A stretch of 64,000 nt of DNA from Gammaproteobacteria bacterium (GCA_965222615.1 CBDCUI010000007.1:544001-608000), one strand, 5' to 3'. Counted from the stretch's first letter, positions 29,825 to 40,452 are shown. The notes: generated by a model from the letters alone, not told the origin. Numbers and translations are program-made.

Positions 29825-30538
29825 ATGCAAACAATCCGCTCGATACTCTATTTATTAGGTATGGCCACACTTACTTTAGTTTTTGGCTTTTTATGCCTTT
29901 TTACTGTTTTAATACCTTACGAAACTCGTTATAAGTTTATTCTGTATTGGTGTGTATTTAATCTATGGTGGCTGCGTGTAACATGTGGGTTAAAACATAC
30001 CGTAGTCGGTGAAGAAAACATCCCCTCTGGACCTTGTATTGTGATGGCGAATCACCAGTCAACCTGGGAGACTCTGGCACTTGGAATGGTATTTCCACCT
30101 TTAACTTGGGTAGTAAAACGAGAACTTTTCTTAATTCCCATATTCGGATGGGGACTTGCGCTAACCTATCCCATTGCCTTAAATCGTAGTGCAGGCCGCA
30201 AGGCAGTTGATCAACTCGTAGAACAGGGTAAAAAAAAATTAAATCTTGGGCGGTGGATTTTAATTTTCCCTGAAGGTACTCGCATCCCGCCCAAAACCAA
30301 GCGAAAATTTAAAATTGGTGGTGCAATGCTCGCTGCTGAATCGGGTGTTCCTATTGTTCCCGTGGCACATAATTCAGGTAGTTTTTGGGCTAGAAAGCAG
30401 CTCACCAAAAAACCGGGCACTATTCAAATGGTAGTCGGTCCCGTAATACATAGTGATGGCAAAACCGCAGAACAAATTAATCAAGAAGTATTTGATTGGA
30501 TTAGTACACAACGCGATGTACTAGAATCATCACTATGA
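29825..30538 (+). CDS. plsC: 1-acyl-sn-glycerol-3-phosphate acyltransferase
   Basis: NHQSTWET, IFPEGTR, PIVPVAHN. Confidence 0.92.
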   Translation: MQTIRSILYLLGMATLTLVFGFLCLFTVLIPYETRYKFILYWCVFNLWWLRVTCGLKHTVVGEENIPSGPCIVMANHQSTWETLALGMVFPPLTWVVKRELFLIPIFGWGLALTYPIALNRSAGRKAVDQLVEQGKKKLNLGRWILIFPEGTRIPPKTKRKFKIGGAMLAAESGVPIVPVAHNSGSFWARKQLTKKPGTIQMVVGPVIHSDGKTAEQINQEVFDWISTQRDVLESSL

Positions 30539-30594
30539 AAGGTTTATTTAAAAAACCTTTTTACTCTAATAAAATTCAGCTAGGTGACTGAAGG

Positions 30595-30810
30595 TTATTT
30601 TAAAGCCAACTGTTCTTGCGAATAAATTTGATGATAGTTCTCTATAGTGAATTTGGTTACCGCCAATAATCCACTTATCAAAACTAGACCCGCAATAGCA
30701 CTTATCACGCTATAGCGAATTATTCTTGTATGTATATCTGCACTACATGAAGGGCAGTATTGTTCACCACAATCTGCTCCACAACATTGGCACTCGCATC
30801 TCATAATCAT
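30595..30810 (-). CDS. small Cys-ribbon plus TM protein
   Basis: RBS GAGGAG; CECQCCGADCGEQYCPSC followed by a hydrophobic helix. Confidence 0.6.
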   Translation of the reverse strand: MIMRCECQCCGADCGEQYCPSCSADIHTRIIRYSVISAIAGLVLISGLLAVTKFTIENYHQIYSQEQLALK

Positions 30811-30900
30811 AAGCACTCCTCTTAGCTTTGATTATTACTTCCCCAACGTTAGGTAAGATTATACAAATTATTATTTGTTTATTTTTGATTTGTTAATTGA

Positions 30901-30922
30901 AAATGTGAATTTATTCACACTT
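30901..30922. promoter_or_regulatory. CRP/Vfr box
   Basis: AAATGTGA-ATTTAT-TCACACTT, near consensus; about -61 from a minus-strand TATAAT (30863-30858). Confidence 0.7.
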
Positions 30923-31097
30923 AAATAAACGTTATAGATATTTATAAAGCTACTTTAAAGTAAATACTGAGGATTAAATGGGAAAATTGCACAATACTGC
31001 TATTGATTAGCACAAACTTTTTGGTAAATACAAAACTATATGAGTAAAAAGTTATTAGGTCTTATCCTTGAATATTTGCTATGCAATTCAAAGATGT

Positions 31098-31433
31098 TTA
31101 AAAACAAATTTTTGTTTTAATAATTTTCCAACGTCTACCGTGCTGATCTTCACCTGTAGAACCATCACCCAACAAATATGGTGAATTCAGTTCAATAATA
31201 TAAGGGTCCTCACCATCCAGATATATAATTACATATGTAGAGTGACCGCTGTAGTTATGCGTCTTATAGCTTCTATTCAATGCATCACCACTTGTAATAA
31301 CAGCCTCGATTTCTTGACCTTTAGACCATTTATAATTTTCTCTAAATTTTGCACATACCAGATCATCTTCACCACCAAAAACAACTTTGGAAAGTACACA
31401 AAAAACTAATGTAAAAACTAATGCTCGATACAC
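31098..31433 (-). CDS. hypothetical secreted protein
   Basis: Signal peptide; 111 aa; no recognised motif. Confidence 0.6.
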   Translation of the reverse strand: MYRALVFTLVFCVLSKVVFGGEDDLVCAKFRENYKWSKGQEIEAVITSGDALNRSYKTHNYSGHSTYVIIYLDGEDPYIIELNSPYLLGDGSTGEDQHGRRWKIIKTKICF

Positions 31434-31488
31434 TTTGATTTCTAAAAGGCCTTATAAAAAGTTACCCCTGTGTTGGCGTGTGTAAACT

Positions 31489-32523
31489 TTATGGACAAGG
31501 ATTGGGTTGTAGTTGGTGCAATTTTTCTATTTCAGCATATACTTCTTGTGATATTTCTAAATTAATACTGTCAATATTTTCTTTTAGTTGCTCTAGATTT
31601 GTTGCGCCAATTATGTTGGATGTTACAAAAGGTCTAGTATTGACAAATGCTAACGCCATTTGCGTGGCCGAATAACCATATCGCTGTGCTAATTCAACAT
31701 ATGATTTAGTCGCTGTGATACCTTGTTCATTAGTATATCGATCAAAACGTTCAAATAAGGTAAGGCGCGCAGTTGCTGGTGCATTGCCGTCTAAATATTT
31801 ACCGCTTAATACACCAAAACCGAGTGGTGAATATGCAAGTAAACCAATATTTTCGCAATGCGAGACTTCTGCCAGGCCTACTTCATAGGTACGATTCAAT
31901 AGGCTATATGGATTCTGGATACTCACAATACGTGGCCATGAATTTTTAGATGCGCAAAACTGATACCGCATAACTCCCCACGGAGTTTCATTACTGATCC
32001 CCAAATAACGAACTTTGCCTTGGTCCACCGCATCAACTAAACACGCATAAGTATCTTCGATAGATGTTGAGCTGTCGTCTTCATCATGTTGATAACCAAG
32101 TTTGCCAAAGTAGTTAGTGTTTCGTGCTGGCCAGTGCACTTGGTATAAATCGATGTAGTCTGTTTGCAATCGCCTGAGACTGGCCTCTAATGCAGCATTG
32201 ATGTGCTCAGGTGTTAATTGTGGGCCATTGCGCAGATAGGGCATCATGCCAGGCCCAGCAACTTTGGTTGCCAAAATTACTTGTTTGCGTAAACCACTTT
32301 TCGTTAGCCAACTACCTATATATTGTTCGGTAAGCCCCTGGGTGTTCTCTTTAGGCGGTACCGGATACATCTCAGCGGTATCGATAAAATTAACTCCTCT
32401 TGAGACGGCATATTCAAGTTGCGCGTGTGCTTCTTGTTCGGTGTTTTGTTCACCAAACGTCATGGTACCTAAGCAAATTTTGCTGACTTTTACTCCTGTA
32501 TCACCTAATTCACTAAATTGCAT
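31489..32523 (-). CDS. tas: NADP(H)-dependent aldo-keto reductase Tas
   Basis: LGTMTFGEQNT, DTAEMYPVPP, DLYQVHWP, SNETPWG. Confidence 0.93.
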   Translation of the reverse strand: MQFSELGDTGVKVSKICLGTMTFGEQNTEQEAHAQLEYAVSRGVNFIDTAEMYPVPPKENTQGLTEQYIGSWLTKSGLRKQVILATKVAGPGMMPYLRNGPQLTPEHINAALEASLRRLQTDYIDLYQVHWPARNTNYFGKLGYQHDEDDSSTSIEDTYACLVDAVDQGKVRYLGISNETPWGVMRYQFCASKNSWPRIVSIQNPYSLLNRTYEVGLAEVSHCENIGLLAYSPLGFGVLSGKYLDGNAPATARLTLFERFDRYTNEQGITATKSYVELAQRYGYSATQMALAFVNTRPFVTSNIIGATNLEQLKENIDSINLEISQEVYAEIEKLHQLQPNPCP

Positions 32524-32526
32524 ATC

Positions 32527-32548
32527 AAAGAAGCTCTGATTTATTAGC
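32527..32548 (+). repeat. solo MITE terminal inverted repeat remnant
   Basis: AAAGAAGCTCTGATTTATTAGC resembles the ends at 13636 and 49590. Confidence 0.5.
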
Positions 32549-33669
32549 TAGGTGAATAGTGTAAGTACACCTGTATATCCATATAGTCGGTTATGAAAAA
32601 TTTCTCCGTTTGCAAAAAAACCAGCGAGAGGAAAGTCGCCTAATTCATCTTGTATCATTTTAAGTTCTTCTGAATTTTCACCAAATTGATAACGCCCACG
32701 TCCTAAGCATGTGTAATAGACACCACCACGTGGAGGATTGCTCATACGAGACTTCATCGTACTTAGCATGCGTAACATATCTTGTCTGGCACTATTGCCA
32801 TCACGCCGACAAAACATGAATTTACTACCTTCATACAGATAATCACCTATTGCGATAATTTTTTCACTTTCATCAAAGCCGACAATATTTCTTACTAAAT
32901 AGTCGCCAGTATCTGAAAATTCAATCGGTAATCCAGCAAAAATATAACCCGTTATCTTATATAAATCTTTTGCCAACACTTCTCCAATGTCTTCTCGAAA
33001 CACATCGAGTGCAGGACGATGGTCTAGTTCAATAAGTAAGTTACGCTCTGCTCTGGTAATTACATGTTGTTGATCTAAAGGTGTACAGCCTTGTGTGTGT
33101 CCAACAATTGTGTGTACTTGTGGTGAGAAAAAAATCCCTGATACACTACCACTAACTACCTGCTCTGCGACTTGATAATTCTGAAAGTTCGAAGAAGTAA
33201 GACCACCGACTAAATATACGGCAGGTACCGTTTCTGAAATTTTTTCAATCAAGTTTGGTGTAGCGGGATTACTAGGATCACCGTGAATAATTCCGACGTG
33301 AGGTAATTCTTCCTTGCAATAACTCGATACTTGCTCTAGCAACTGCTCTTCGTTTGATTCATTTGTACCAATGATTGCAAAATCTTTCGCTGCAATATCC
33401 GCTAGCATCACTATTAATGCGGCATCATCATAATACTCTGTGCCTGTACTACATAAACCAATGCCCACTGTCCCCACCCAGTGTTCAACGCCGGTTTCTT
33501 GTTTAAGTCTACCTACTATGTGTTCTAAGTCACTGCTTAATGTATCGTTTGCATAGATAAAACCAAGCTGGAATCTGCCTCGCACCTCACCAAGTTGTCG
33601 CAGACAATCGTTTACAAGCTCGCGCATGGGTTGACTAAAGGCAGTAGCGAGTAGAAACGATTCGGCCAT
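32548..33669 (-). CDS. FIST-domain signal transduction protein
   Basis: TQGCTP, DYLVRN, CLGRG, LAGFFANGEI, LYGYTGVL. Confidence 0.9.
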   Translation of the reverse strand: MAESFLLATAFSQPMRELVNDCLRQLGEVRGRFQLGFIYANDTLSSDLEHIVGRLKQETGVEHWVGTVGIGLCSTGTEYYDDAALIVMLADIAAKDFAIIGTNESNEEQLLEQVSSYCKEELPHVGIIHGDPSNPATPNLIEKISETVPAVYLVGGLTSSNFQNYQVAEQVVSGSVSGIFFSPQVHTIVGHTQGCTPLDQQHVITRAERNLLIELDHRPALDVFREDIGEVLAKDLYKITGYIFAGLPIEFSDTGDYLVRNIVGFDESEKIIAIGDYLYEGSKFMFCRRDGNSARQDMLRMLSTMKSRMSNPPRGGVYYTCLGRGRYQFGENSEELKMIQDELGDFPLAGFFANGEIFHNRLYGYTGVLTLFT

Positions 33670-33693
33670 ACTGTGTAGTATTCAGCTCTGTGG

Positions 33694-34587
33694 TTAGCCT
33701 GTCTGCTGCTTTAAGTCTGTACGTTTTTCTACCAACATTTTTATAACCGGTGTGAGGAGTAGGCCCATGGCAAACACCATCTTCTCGGCAGGTATCACCA
33801 GTTGATTGGGTTTGATGTTAAATGAGTTATCTATTTGTTCACGCAACTCATTTATGCTCAAAGTAAATTTTTCCGGGCGACGGATGTGTACAATGACCAA
33901 ACTTTCATGTAACGCCGGTATTTCTTGTACATCAAAGGGATTGGCTGTATCTATGATAGGGACACGTTGAAAATTTACATCTGTTCTCGAAAATTGTGGA
34001 GATATATAAGTCACATAGTCTGGCATGCGCCGCACTATGGTGCTGACAACCTCTGCATGTGAATAGCCTCGTTCTGCACTATCACGATGAATTTTTTGTA
34101 TCCACTCCAAGTTAGTGGTGGGGGCAACTCCAATTAAAAGATCAACATGTTGAGCAATATCGTAGTCCTCTGTAACCAAGCCACCATGTAGACCTTCATA
34201 AAATAATAAATCCGATCCAGGTGGAATTTTTTCCCATGGAGTAAATTCCCCCTGTTTCAATCCGGGATAAGCAGTCGCCTCTTCTTCACTGTGCAGGTAT
34301 AGACGTTTTAGGCCGGTACCATTTTGTCCATACTCATTAAATAGTTGATCTAATTCTTCCAGTAAATTGCCATTGGGAGCAAAATGCGTCATACGACGAC
34401 CAAATAAATCCGGTACTTTTATACGTTCGTACATCTCTGCACGCGTGTATTTATGAAAACTATCCCCCTCTACAACGATCGGGCTAATTCCACATTTGGA
34501 AAAGATGTATTCAAATGCTTCACGTACTGTTGAGGTACCCGCGCCTGAGGACCCTGTTACGGCAATAATAGGATATCGTGCGGACAT
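33694..34587 (-). CDS. prk: phosphoribulokinase (proteobacterial type)
   Basis: PIIAVTGSSGAGTS, EGDSFH, LLFYEGLHG, NLEWIQKIHRD, NFQRVP. Confidence 0.92.
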   Translation of the reverse strand: MSARYPIIAVTGSSGAGTSTVREAFEYIFSKCGISPIVVEGDSFHKYTRAEMYERIKVPDLFGRRMTHFAPNGNLLEELDQLFNEYGQNGTGLKRLYLHSEEEATAYPGLKQGEFTPWEKIPPGSDLLFYEGLHGGLVTEDYDIAQHVDLLIGVAPTTNLEWIQKIHRDSAERGYSHAEVVSTIVRRMPDYVTYISPQFSRTDVNFQRVPIIDTANPFDVQEIPALHESLVIVHIRRPEKFTLSINELREQIDNSFNIKPNQLVIPAEKMVFAMGLLLTPVIKMLVEKRTDLKQQTG

Positions 34588-34915
34588 GATTTTATTCTAT
34601 CCCCTAATATGGCAAGTATTTTTATATAGCTCGTGGACACGCATAACCATACAATTACCGGGCATGAGTCTTACCTTTTTGGCAATCACTTTACCGTGTT
34701 CTAGCGACAAAACGAAATTCGAGATCAAGTTCATACAAATTTTTTTTATAACTCTATAGATTAACAACGATTAGGCCCATGGTTTAAGAAAGCATGTTAA
34801 GATAGTTGCTTAACTACATGTAACCTCTTTGTTACCACCTGCCGAGTAGTCTGGCCAAAAGGCAGGAAACCTTAATGAAAATCCCGCTACTCAACTGTGG
34901 TTGAGTTAAAGGACT

Positions 34916-36751
34916 ATGGAGCGTGATCAGGAGTGTCGGTTGATCTCAGCACAACAATATACACGTGAACTGTTTAGGCGATTCATCCCTTATATAAATT
35001 GGTTGGGTGAGTTAAAAGATCTTTCAATAGTATGGAAAGACTGTCTTGCGGGCTTGACCGTAGCTCTAGTGCTTATCCCTCAATCCATGGCCTATGCGCA
35101 ACTCGCTGGTTTACCTGCATATTACGGTTTATACGCCTCTTTTTTACCAGTGATTGTTTCTGCACTATTTGGCTCTTCGCGCCAATTGCAAACTGGTCCG
35201 GTCGCCGTCGTATCCTTAATGACGGCTGCGGCATTGGAGCCTTTGGCTGTTGCAAACCCAGAAGGGTATTTAGTCTATGCTGCCGTGATTGCAATCATAG
35301 TTGGGCTATTCCAGCTTTCACTTGGGTTATTACGTTTAGGAGTTTTAGTCGAATTTTTATCACATTCGGTAGTAATTGGTTTTACCAATGCTGCCGCAAT
35401 TATTATTGCGACCTCTCAATTATCCAAGTTATTCGGAGTAACCGCAGAAGCTGGACATCATTTTTATCTGACTATTTGGAATGTGCTGGTTGAAGCATCC
35501 AAGCATACTCACTTTCCAACGCTAGCCATGGGGATTACCGCTTTAGCAATTATCTTTGGCCTTAAACGTTATGCACCAAAAATCCCTGGAGTACTTACTG
35601 CCGTAGTTGTAACCAGTCTTATCTCTCTGTTTGTAGGTTACGAATCGCTAGGTGGAAAAGTAGTTGGCAATGTGCCGGCTGGTTTGCCGGCCATAAGTTT
35701 TCCCAATTTTGATATGTCGATCGCTTTTGATTTAGTAGGTAAAGCAATAGTTATTGCGGTAGTCGGATATATGGAAGCCATCTCAATTGCAAAAGCGATT
35801 GCGGTACAGACAAGACAACGCATTGATGCAAATCAGGGTTTGGTTGGGCAGGGTTTGGGCAACATCGTCTCGGGCCTTTCAGGTGCCTACCCGGTTGCAG
35901 GATCATTTTCACGTTCGGCGGTAAATATGTCTGCAGGGGCAAAGACCGGTTTTGCTGCAATTGTCACTGGTTTAATCGTTGCGGTATCACTAATACTTTT
36001 ATATTTCACACAATACTTATATTACTTGCCCCAAGCCACTCTAGCTGCCGTTATCATCTCTGCAGTAATCAATCTGGTACGAATAAAACAAATTAAATAT
36101 GCATTGCGCGTGCATAAACACGATGGCTTTATTGCCATACTTACCTTTGTACTAACCTTGATCCTAGCACCGCACTTAGAACAAAGTATTTTTGTCGGAG
36201 TCGTACTATCACTTGGGCTATTCATGTACAGAACCATGCATCCACACATCTCTGTACTATCCCGGTACACAGATGGATCTTTACGTGATGCAGAAGCCAA
36301 TATTCTCAAAACATGCCCACATATTTCAGTGCTGCGTTTCGAGGGGCCATTATTCTTTGCCAGTGCCATGTACTTTGAAGAAAAGGTCTTAGAACGTGTT
36401 GCTGCAAAGCCCGATCTTAAATTCATTATTATTGATGCTGAAGCGATTACAGAAATTGATGCTACCGGTGAGGACATGCTGCACCAACTTTCCTTGCGGC
36501 TAGTTGCATTAGGTATTGAATTGGTATTCGCCCGCACTAAACGTCAAGTGATGGATGTGTTTGTGCGTACCGGATTTGCAGGTGCCGACTGGATTGATCA
36601 CTTCTATCGCACGGATGAACGTGCCATCGAGTTTGCCTGGCAAAACATCGATCACTGTGATGAAGAGGTTTGTCCACTTGCAAAAGAACAGGAATGTCCT
36701 GCAAAACGCTTATCTCTACCTATAAATGAAAAAGAAACTTCCACCAGTTAG
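34916..36751 (+). CDS. SulP/SLC26 anion transporter with STAS domain
   Basis: AGLTVALVLIPQSMAYAQLAGLP, GSFSRSAVN, STAS IDATG. Confidence 0.95.
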   Translation: MERDQECRLISAQQYTRELFRRFIPYINWLGELKDLSIVWKDCLAGLTVALVLIPQSMAYAQLAGLPAYYGLYASFLPVIVSALFGSSRQLQTGPVAVVSLMTAAALEPLAVANPEGYLVYAAVIAIIVGLFQLSLGLLRLGVLVEFLSHSVVIGFTNAAAIIIATSQLSKLFGVTAEAGHHFYLTIWNVLVEASKHTHFPTLAMGITALAIIFGLKRYAPKIPGVLTAVVVTSLISLFVGYESLGGKVVGNVPAGLPAISFPNFDMSIAFDLVGKAIVIAVVGYMEAISIAKAIAVQTRQRIDANQGLVGQGLGNIVSGLSGAYPVAGSFSRSAVNMSAGAKTGFAAIVTGLIVAVSLILLYFTQYLYYLPQATLAAVIISAVINLVRIKQIKYALRVHKHDGFIAILTFVLTLILAPHLEQSIFVGVVLSLGLFMYRTMHPHISVLSRYTDGSLRDAEANILKTCPHISVLRFEGPLFFASAMYFEEKVLERVAAKPDLKFIIIDAEAITEIDATGEDMLHQLSLRLVALGIELVFARTKRQVMDVFVRTGFAGADWIDHFYRTDERAIEFAWQNIDHCDEEVCPLAKEQECPAKRLSLPINEKETSTS

Positions 36752-36754
36752 AAC

Positions 36755-37426
36755 CTACTTGAGCTTTTTATAAATTTGAGAAAATACCTGGTGTCCTAGT
36801 TTTTCCCCACGGCATTCAAATTTTGTTTTCGGCCGCTGAGTAATAAAGTTTGATGCATCTATTGCTGTAAACAAATTGCCTTGTTGTAAAACATGTTCGA
36901 TATGTTCCGCATAGGGTTGCCAATCCGTCGCGATATTAAGCTCTCCTTCATCTACTAGTTTGCTAGATGCAAGTTCTACAAAATCTGCTTGGATTAATCT
37001 TCTTTTATGATGACGTTTCTTGGGCCAAGGATCGGGAAACCAAATTAATATTGAAGTCAAACTTTTAGAAGCGACACACTCCTGCAACAAATCAACAGCA
37101 TCTATATTCGCCACACGCACATTGTTAATTTGGGCCTCAAATAGCTTTCTCAATAATGCACCTATACCTGGTCGATATACTTCAACGCCCAGAAAATTTA
37201 AATGTGAATGTTGTAAGGCAAGTGAACACAAGGCATCGCCATTACCAAATCCAATATCTAAAATAACTGGTTGTGAATTTCTAAATAGGTCTTGAAAATT
37301 AAGCTGTCGGTCTTTGGTATTAATACCATAAACAGGCCAATACTTTTTTAACGCGATTTGTTGGCCCTTGGTAAAACGACCTTCACGACGTACAAAACTA
37401 CGGACTGCGAATGGAGCTTTTGGCAA
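36755..37426 (-). CDS. trmB: tRNA (guanine-N7)-methyltransferase
   Basis: RSFVRREGR, DIGFGNG, FPDPWPKKRHHKRR, ATDW. Confidence 0.96.
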   Translation of the reverse strand: MPKAPFAVRSFVRREGRFTKGQQIALKKYWPVYGINTKDRQLNFQDLFRNSQPVILDIGFGNGDALCSLALQHSHLNFLGVEVYRPGIGALLRKLFEAQINNVRVANIDAVDLLQECVASKSLTSILIWFPDPWPKKRHHKRRLIQADFVELASSKLVDEGELNIATDWQPYAEHIEHVLQQGNLFTAIDASNFITQRPKTKFECRGEKLGHQVFSQIYKKLK

Positions 37427-37444
37427 GAGATAAGGTAAATTTAA

Positions 37445-38263
37445 CTAAAGTATAGAGTCGTCTATAGGCGAGGAAGCCGATGCAAAACGTCGCTTCGGCA
37501 TACGCCCGGCAAGAAATGCCTCACGACCCGCTACGATGGCGTGTTGCATGGCACTGGCCATCAACACTGGATTTTTTGCCTCGGCAATGGCCGTATTCAT
37601 CAACACACCATCACAACCAAGCTCCATGGCAATCGCGGCATCCGATGCAGTACCTACCCCGGCATCTACTAAGATGGGCACCGTAGCATTCTCGACAATA
37701 GTGAGAACATTATAAGGGTTGCGCACACCCAAACCCGAGCCTATGGGTGCCGCTAAAGGCATCACGGCAACACAGCCCATTTCTTCAAACTGCTTCGCAG
37801 CAATGGGATCATCATTGGTATAGACCATGACCTCAAAACCTTCTTTGATTAAGATCTTGCTAGCCTCTAAGGTCTCAACAATATTTGGGTACAAGGTTTT
37901 TTCATCGCCGAGCACTTCAAGTTTAACTAAGGTGTGACCATCCAATAATTCCCGTGCTAGTCGACAAGTGCGTATTGCATCTTTTGCAGAATAACAGCCA
38001 GCAGTATTTGGCAGGATGGTGAATTCACTTGGTGGAATCACATCAAGCAAATTGGGTTCATTTTTATCTTGCCCGATATTGGTTCTGCGAATGGCAACGG
38101 TAACCATCTCTGCGCCACTCGCTACAATTGCAGCACGTGTCTCCTGCAAATCTTTGTATTTGCCTGTGCCTACTAACAAGCGCGATCGATAAGGTTTTCC
38201 CGCAATGATTAAACCATCATCTTTATGCTCATCCTTAGGTATTGATATCTGGCTTACTGTCAT
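37445..38263 (-). CDS. thiG: thiazole synthase
   Basis: [30 protein letters not shown]. Confidence 0.97.
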   Translation of the reverse strand: MTVSQISIPKDEHKDDGLIIAGKPYRSRLLVGTGKYKDLQETRAAIVASGAEMVTVAIRRTNIGQDKNEPNLLDVIPPSEFTILPNTAGCYSAKDAIRTCRLARELLDGHTLVKLEVLGDEKTLYPNIVETLEASKILIKEGFEVMVYTNDDPIAAKQFEEMGCVAVMPLAAPIGSGLGVRNPYNVLTIVENATVPILVDAGVGTASDAAIAMELGCDGVLMNTAIAEAKNPVLMASAMQHAIVAGREAFLAGRMPKRRFASASSPIDDSIL

Positions 38264-38325
38264 GTCATTACAATTATGTTACATTTTTACTACAACCTAA
38301 CATCATTCATAAGGTCATTTTTGCA

Positions 38326-39018
38326 ATGGCAAACTCATGGACTGACAACGTTGTTAATCTGCTCATTTTAGCCTTACTACCTGTATACATATATATACAT
38401 ACTTATTTACTCCCACCTACTTTAAGCTATGGTGGTATCGAGGATGCCGGATTTGTTTCTATCATAACACTGACTTTTATAGGCAGTGTATTTTTTACCC
38501 TACTTACTATTACTTTTAATTCACGTTTTGCTGCCTCAAAACTAACTGCAGTTGCTGCCTCTTATGTGGTTTTAATCTATTTTATGCGTGAAGCCGATTT
38601 GCATCGCTTACTGACTGTTGAACATGTTACGCGTGGTAAATTTTACACCATGTCAGATGTGCCATTCTGGCAAAAGTTCTGTGCTGCTTTAGTATTTCTA
38701 CTTCTGGCAGTATGTCTTTTATATTTATTATTCAAATTTACGAAATTAATATGGAGAAAAGTATTCAGTCGCGAACCATGGGCAATTGCACTCTTGTTTT
38801 GGTTAGTGGTTCTCTTTGTCTCACAACTATGTGATAGGACCGGTTTTAATGACACTCATTTTGGAAGGGTAATAGAAGAATGTTCTGAATGTTGGGCGGC
38901 AATTTTTATGTTTTTGGCAGTCATCCAAATTATTCCCGCTCTTAAACTACGGTCATTGCAAAAACAAGAATCTACCGTCTTAAACACTACGCGCCAAACG
39001 GCGACACGAGATATTTAA
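38326..39018 (+). CDS. multi-pass membrane protein of unknown function
   Basis: About 6 TM helices, READLH and EE motifs; ATG 38326 preferred because the ORF-track start overlaps thiG. Confidence 0.75.
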   Translation: MANSWTDNVVNLLILALLPVYIYIHTYLLPPTLSYGGIEDAGFVSIITLTFIGSVFFTLLTITFNSRFAASKLTAVAASYVVLIYFMREADLHRLLTVEHVTRGKFYTMSDVPFWQKFCAALVFLLLAVCLLYLLFKFTKLIWRKVFSREPWAIALLFWLVVLFVSQLCDRTGFNDTHFGRVIEECSECWAAIFMFLAVIQIIPALKLRSLQKQESTVLNTTRQTATRDI

Positions 39019-39215
39019 CCGCCACCTATCGCTTGAATGATTTCCACTCGATCACCTGGCTGAATCCTATGTGTAGCAAAGGCACTGCGAATCACTAGCT
39101 CTTGATTAATTTCCACTGCAATACGCCGATCCTGCAAGCCTAATTCTTCAATCAGCCGCTGTGTAGTAAGGTCTTCGGCAATTTCAGTTTCTGCGCCATT
39201 TAAAAAAATTTGCAT
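39015..39215 (-). CDS. thiS: sulfur carrier protein ThiS
   Basis: IAVEINQE, GDRVEII, C-terminal GG. Confidence 0.95.
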   Translation of the reverse strand: MQIFLNGAETEIAEDLTTQRLIEELGLQDRRIAVEINQELVIRSAFATHRIQPGDRVEIIQAIGGG

Positions 39216-39260
39216 GGCATATTCTTAATTAAACAGTTTTTGTCGAAGTAGTTATAATCA

Positions 39261-40364
39261 GTGAACATTATGAATAATGCAACTCAAACTCAGCCTTATG
39301 ACGCTTTAATAGTAGGCGGCGGCTTGGTAGGCATGCTCACTGCACGTGATTTAAAACTTGCAGGACTGCATGTTGCACTAGTTGAAAAAAATAAACTTGG
39401 TGCTGAATCCAGTTGGGCAGCCGGCGGCATTTTGTCCAAGCTGTATCCGTGGCAGCAAGGCGAGGCCATGCAACAACTTATTACACAAGGACAAACCTCT
39501 TTTCCTACATTGGCGAGAGAACTGTTTGAAGAAACCGGTATCGATGCACAACTCTTGCATAGTGGCATGATCATTACCGATTTGGCTGAACAACAGAAAG
39601 CACTTGAGTGGTCACAAAAAAATAAAACTCAAATTCAAGTAATCGAGCGCAAACAGATCGATCAATTAGAACCGAATTTAAACCATAACATTCCTGCTGC
39701 GCTATATATGCCAAAAACCATGCAAGTGCGCCCACCAAAATTAATTAAAGCACTAAAACAATCTCTATTAAATCGTGGTGTAGATATATATGAAGGGATT
39801 GCGGCAAATAAATTAGTACTGCAAGCTAAAAAAGTAATTGGGATCGAAACTAAAGATAAAACCATGTTTGCTGATCAGATTGCCGTTTGTAATGGTGCAT
39901 GGGCACAGCAATTTTTAAGCCAAATCAGTCAAGATCTTACCGATATTGAACCCGTACGTGGACAGATGTTGCTATTTAAACCCCAACAAAATGTACTCTC
40001 CCATATTATTGTCAAAGACGGGTTTTATCTCATTCCACGAAAAGACCAATACGTGTTATGTGGGAGCACTGTAGAACAAGTGGGGTTCAACAAAAACACT
40101 ACACCAGAAGCTAGAGAATTGCTGAGTACACAAGCTTATGGTTTGTGCCCAACTTTGCGAGAAACAAAACTGGTACAGCATTGGTCAGCACTGCGTCCAG
40201 GTACGGCACAGGAATTACCGTATGTAGATGCACACCCAGAAATAGAAGGCTTATATATCAACGCTGGCCATTATCGTTACGGTATTGTAACCAGTATCCC
40301 TACTGCTAGAATGGTTTCCAAGCTAATTACTAATAAGCTGAATACATCACAAATTTTCGCTTAA
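39261..40364 (+). CDS. thiO: glycine oxidase ThiO
   Basis: GGGLVG, SSWAAGGIL, PVRGQM, LRP, GHYRYG; divergent from thiS. Confidence 0.88.
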   Translation: MNIMNNATQTQPYDALIVGGGLVGMLTARDLKLAGLHVALVEKNKLGAESSWAAGGILSKLYPWQQGEAMQQLITQGQTSFPTLARELFEETGIDAQLLHSGMIITDLAEQQKALEWSQKNKTQIQVIERKQIDQLEPNLNHNIPAALYMPKTMQVRPPKLIKALKQSLLNRGVDIYEGIAANKLVLQAKKVIGIETKDKTMFADQIAVCNGAWAQQFLSQISQDLTDIEPVRGQMLLFKPQQNVLSHIIVKDGFYLIPRKDQYVLCGSTVEQVGFNKNTTPEARELLSTQAYGLCPTLRETKLVQHWSALRPGTAQELPYVDAHPEIEGLYINAGHYRYGIVTSIPTARMVSKLITNKLNTSQIFA

Positions 40365-40416
40365 ACATGGCGGAAAATAGTTTGCATATCCAACTAAACA
40401 AGTATTTAGGAACATA

Positions 40417-40433
40417 AATAGACTTTGTCTAAA
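40417..40433. promoter_or_regulatory. ICE-like palindrome upstream of the Fur-family gene
   Basis: AATAGAC-TTT-GTCTAAA resembles the Irr box TTTAGAA-N3-TTCTAAA. Confidence 0.4.
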
Positions 40434-40452
40434 TTATGACTATAATTTAACT

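Noticed and set aside
39215-39261. TPP riboswitch for the thi genes
   Set aside because: The intergenic region is too short and lacks the CTGAGA core
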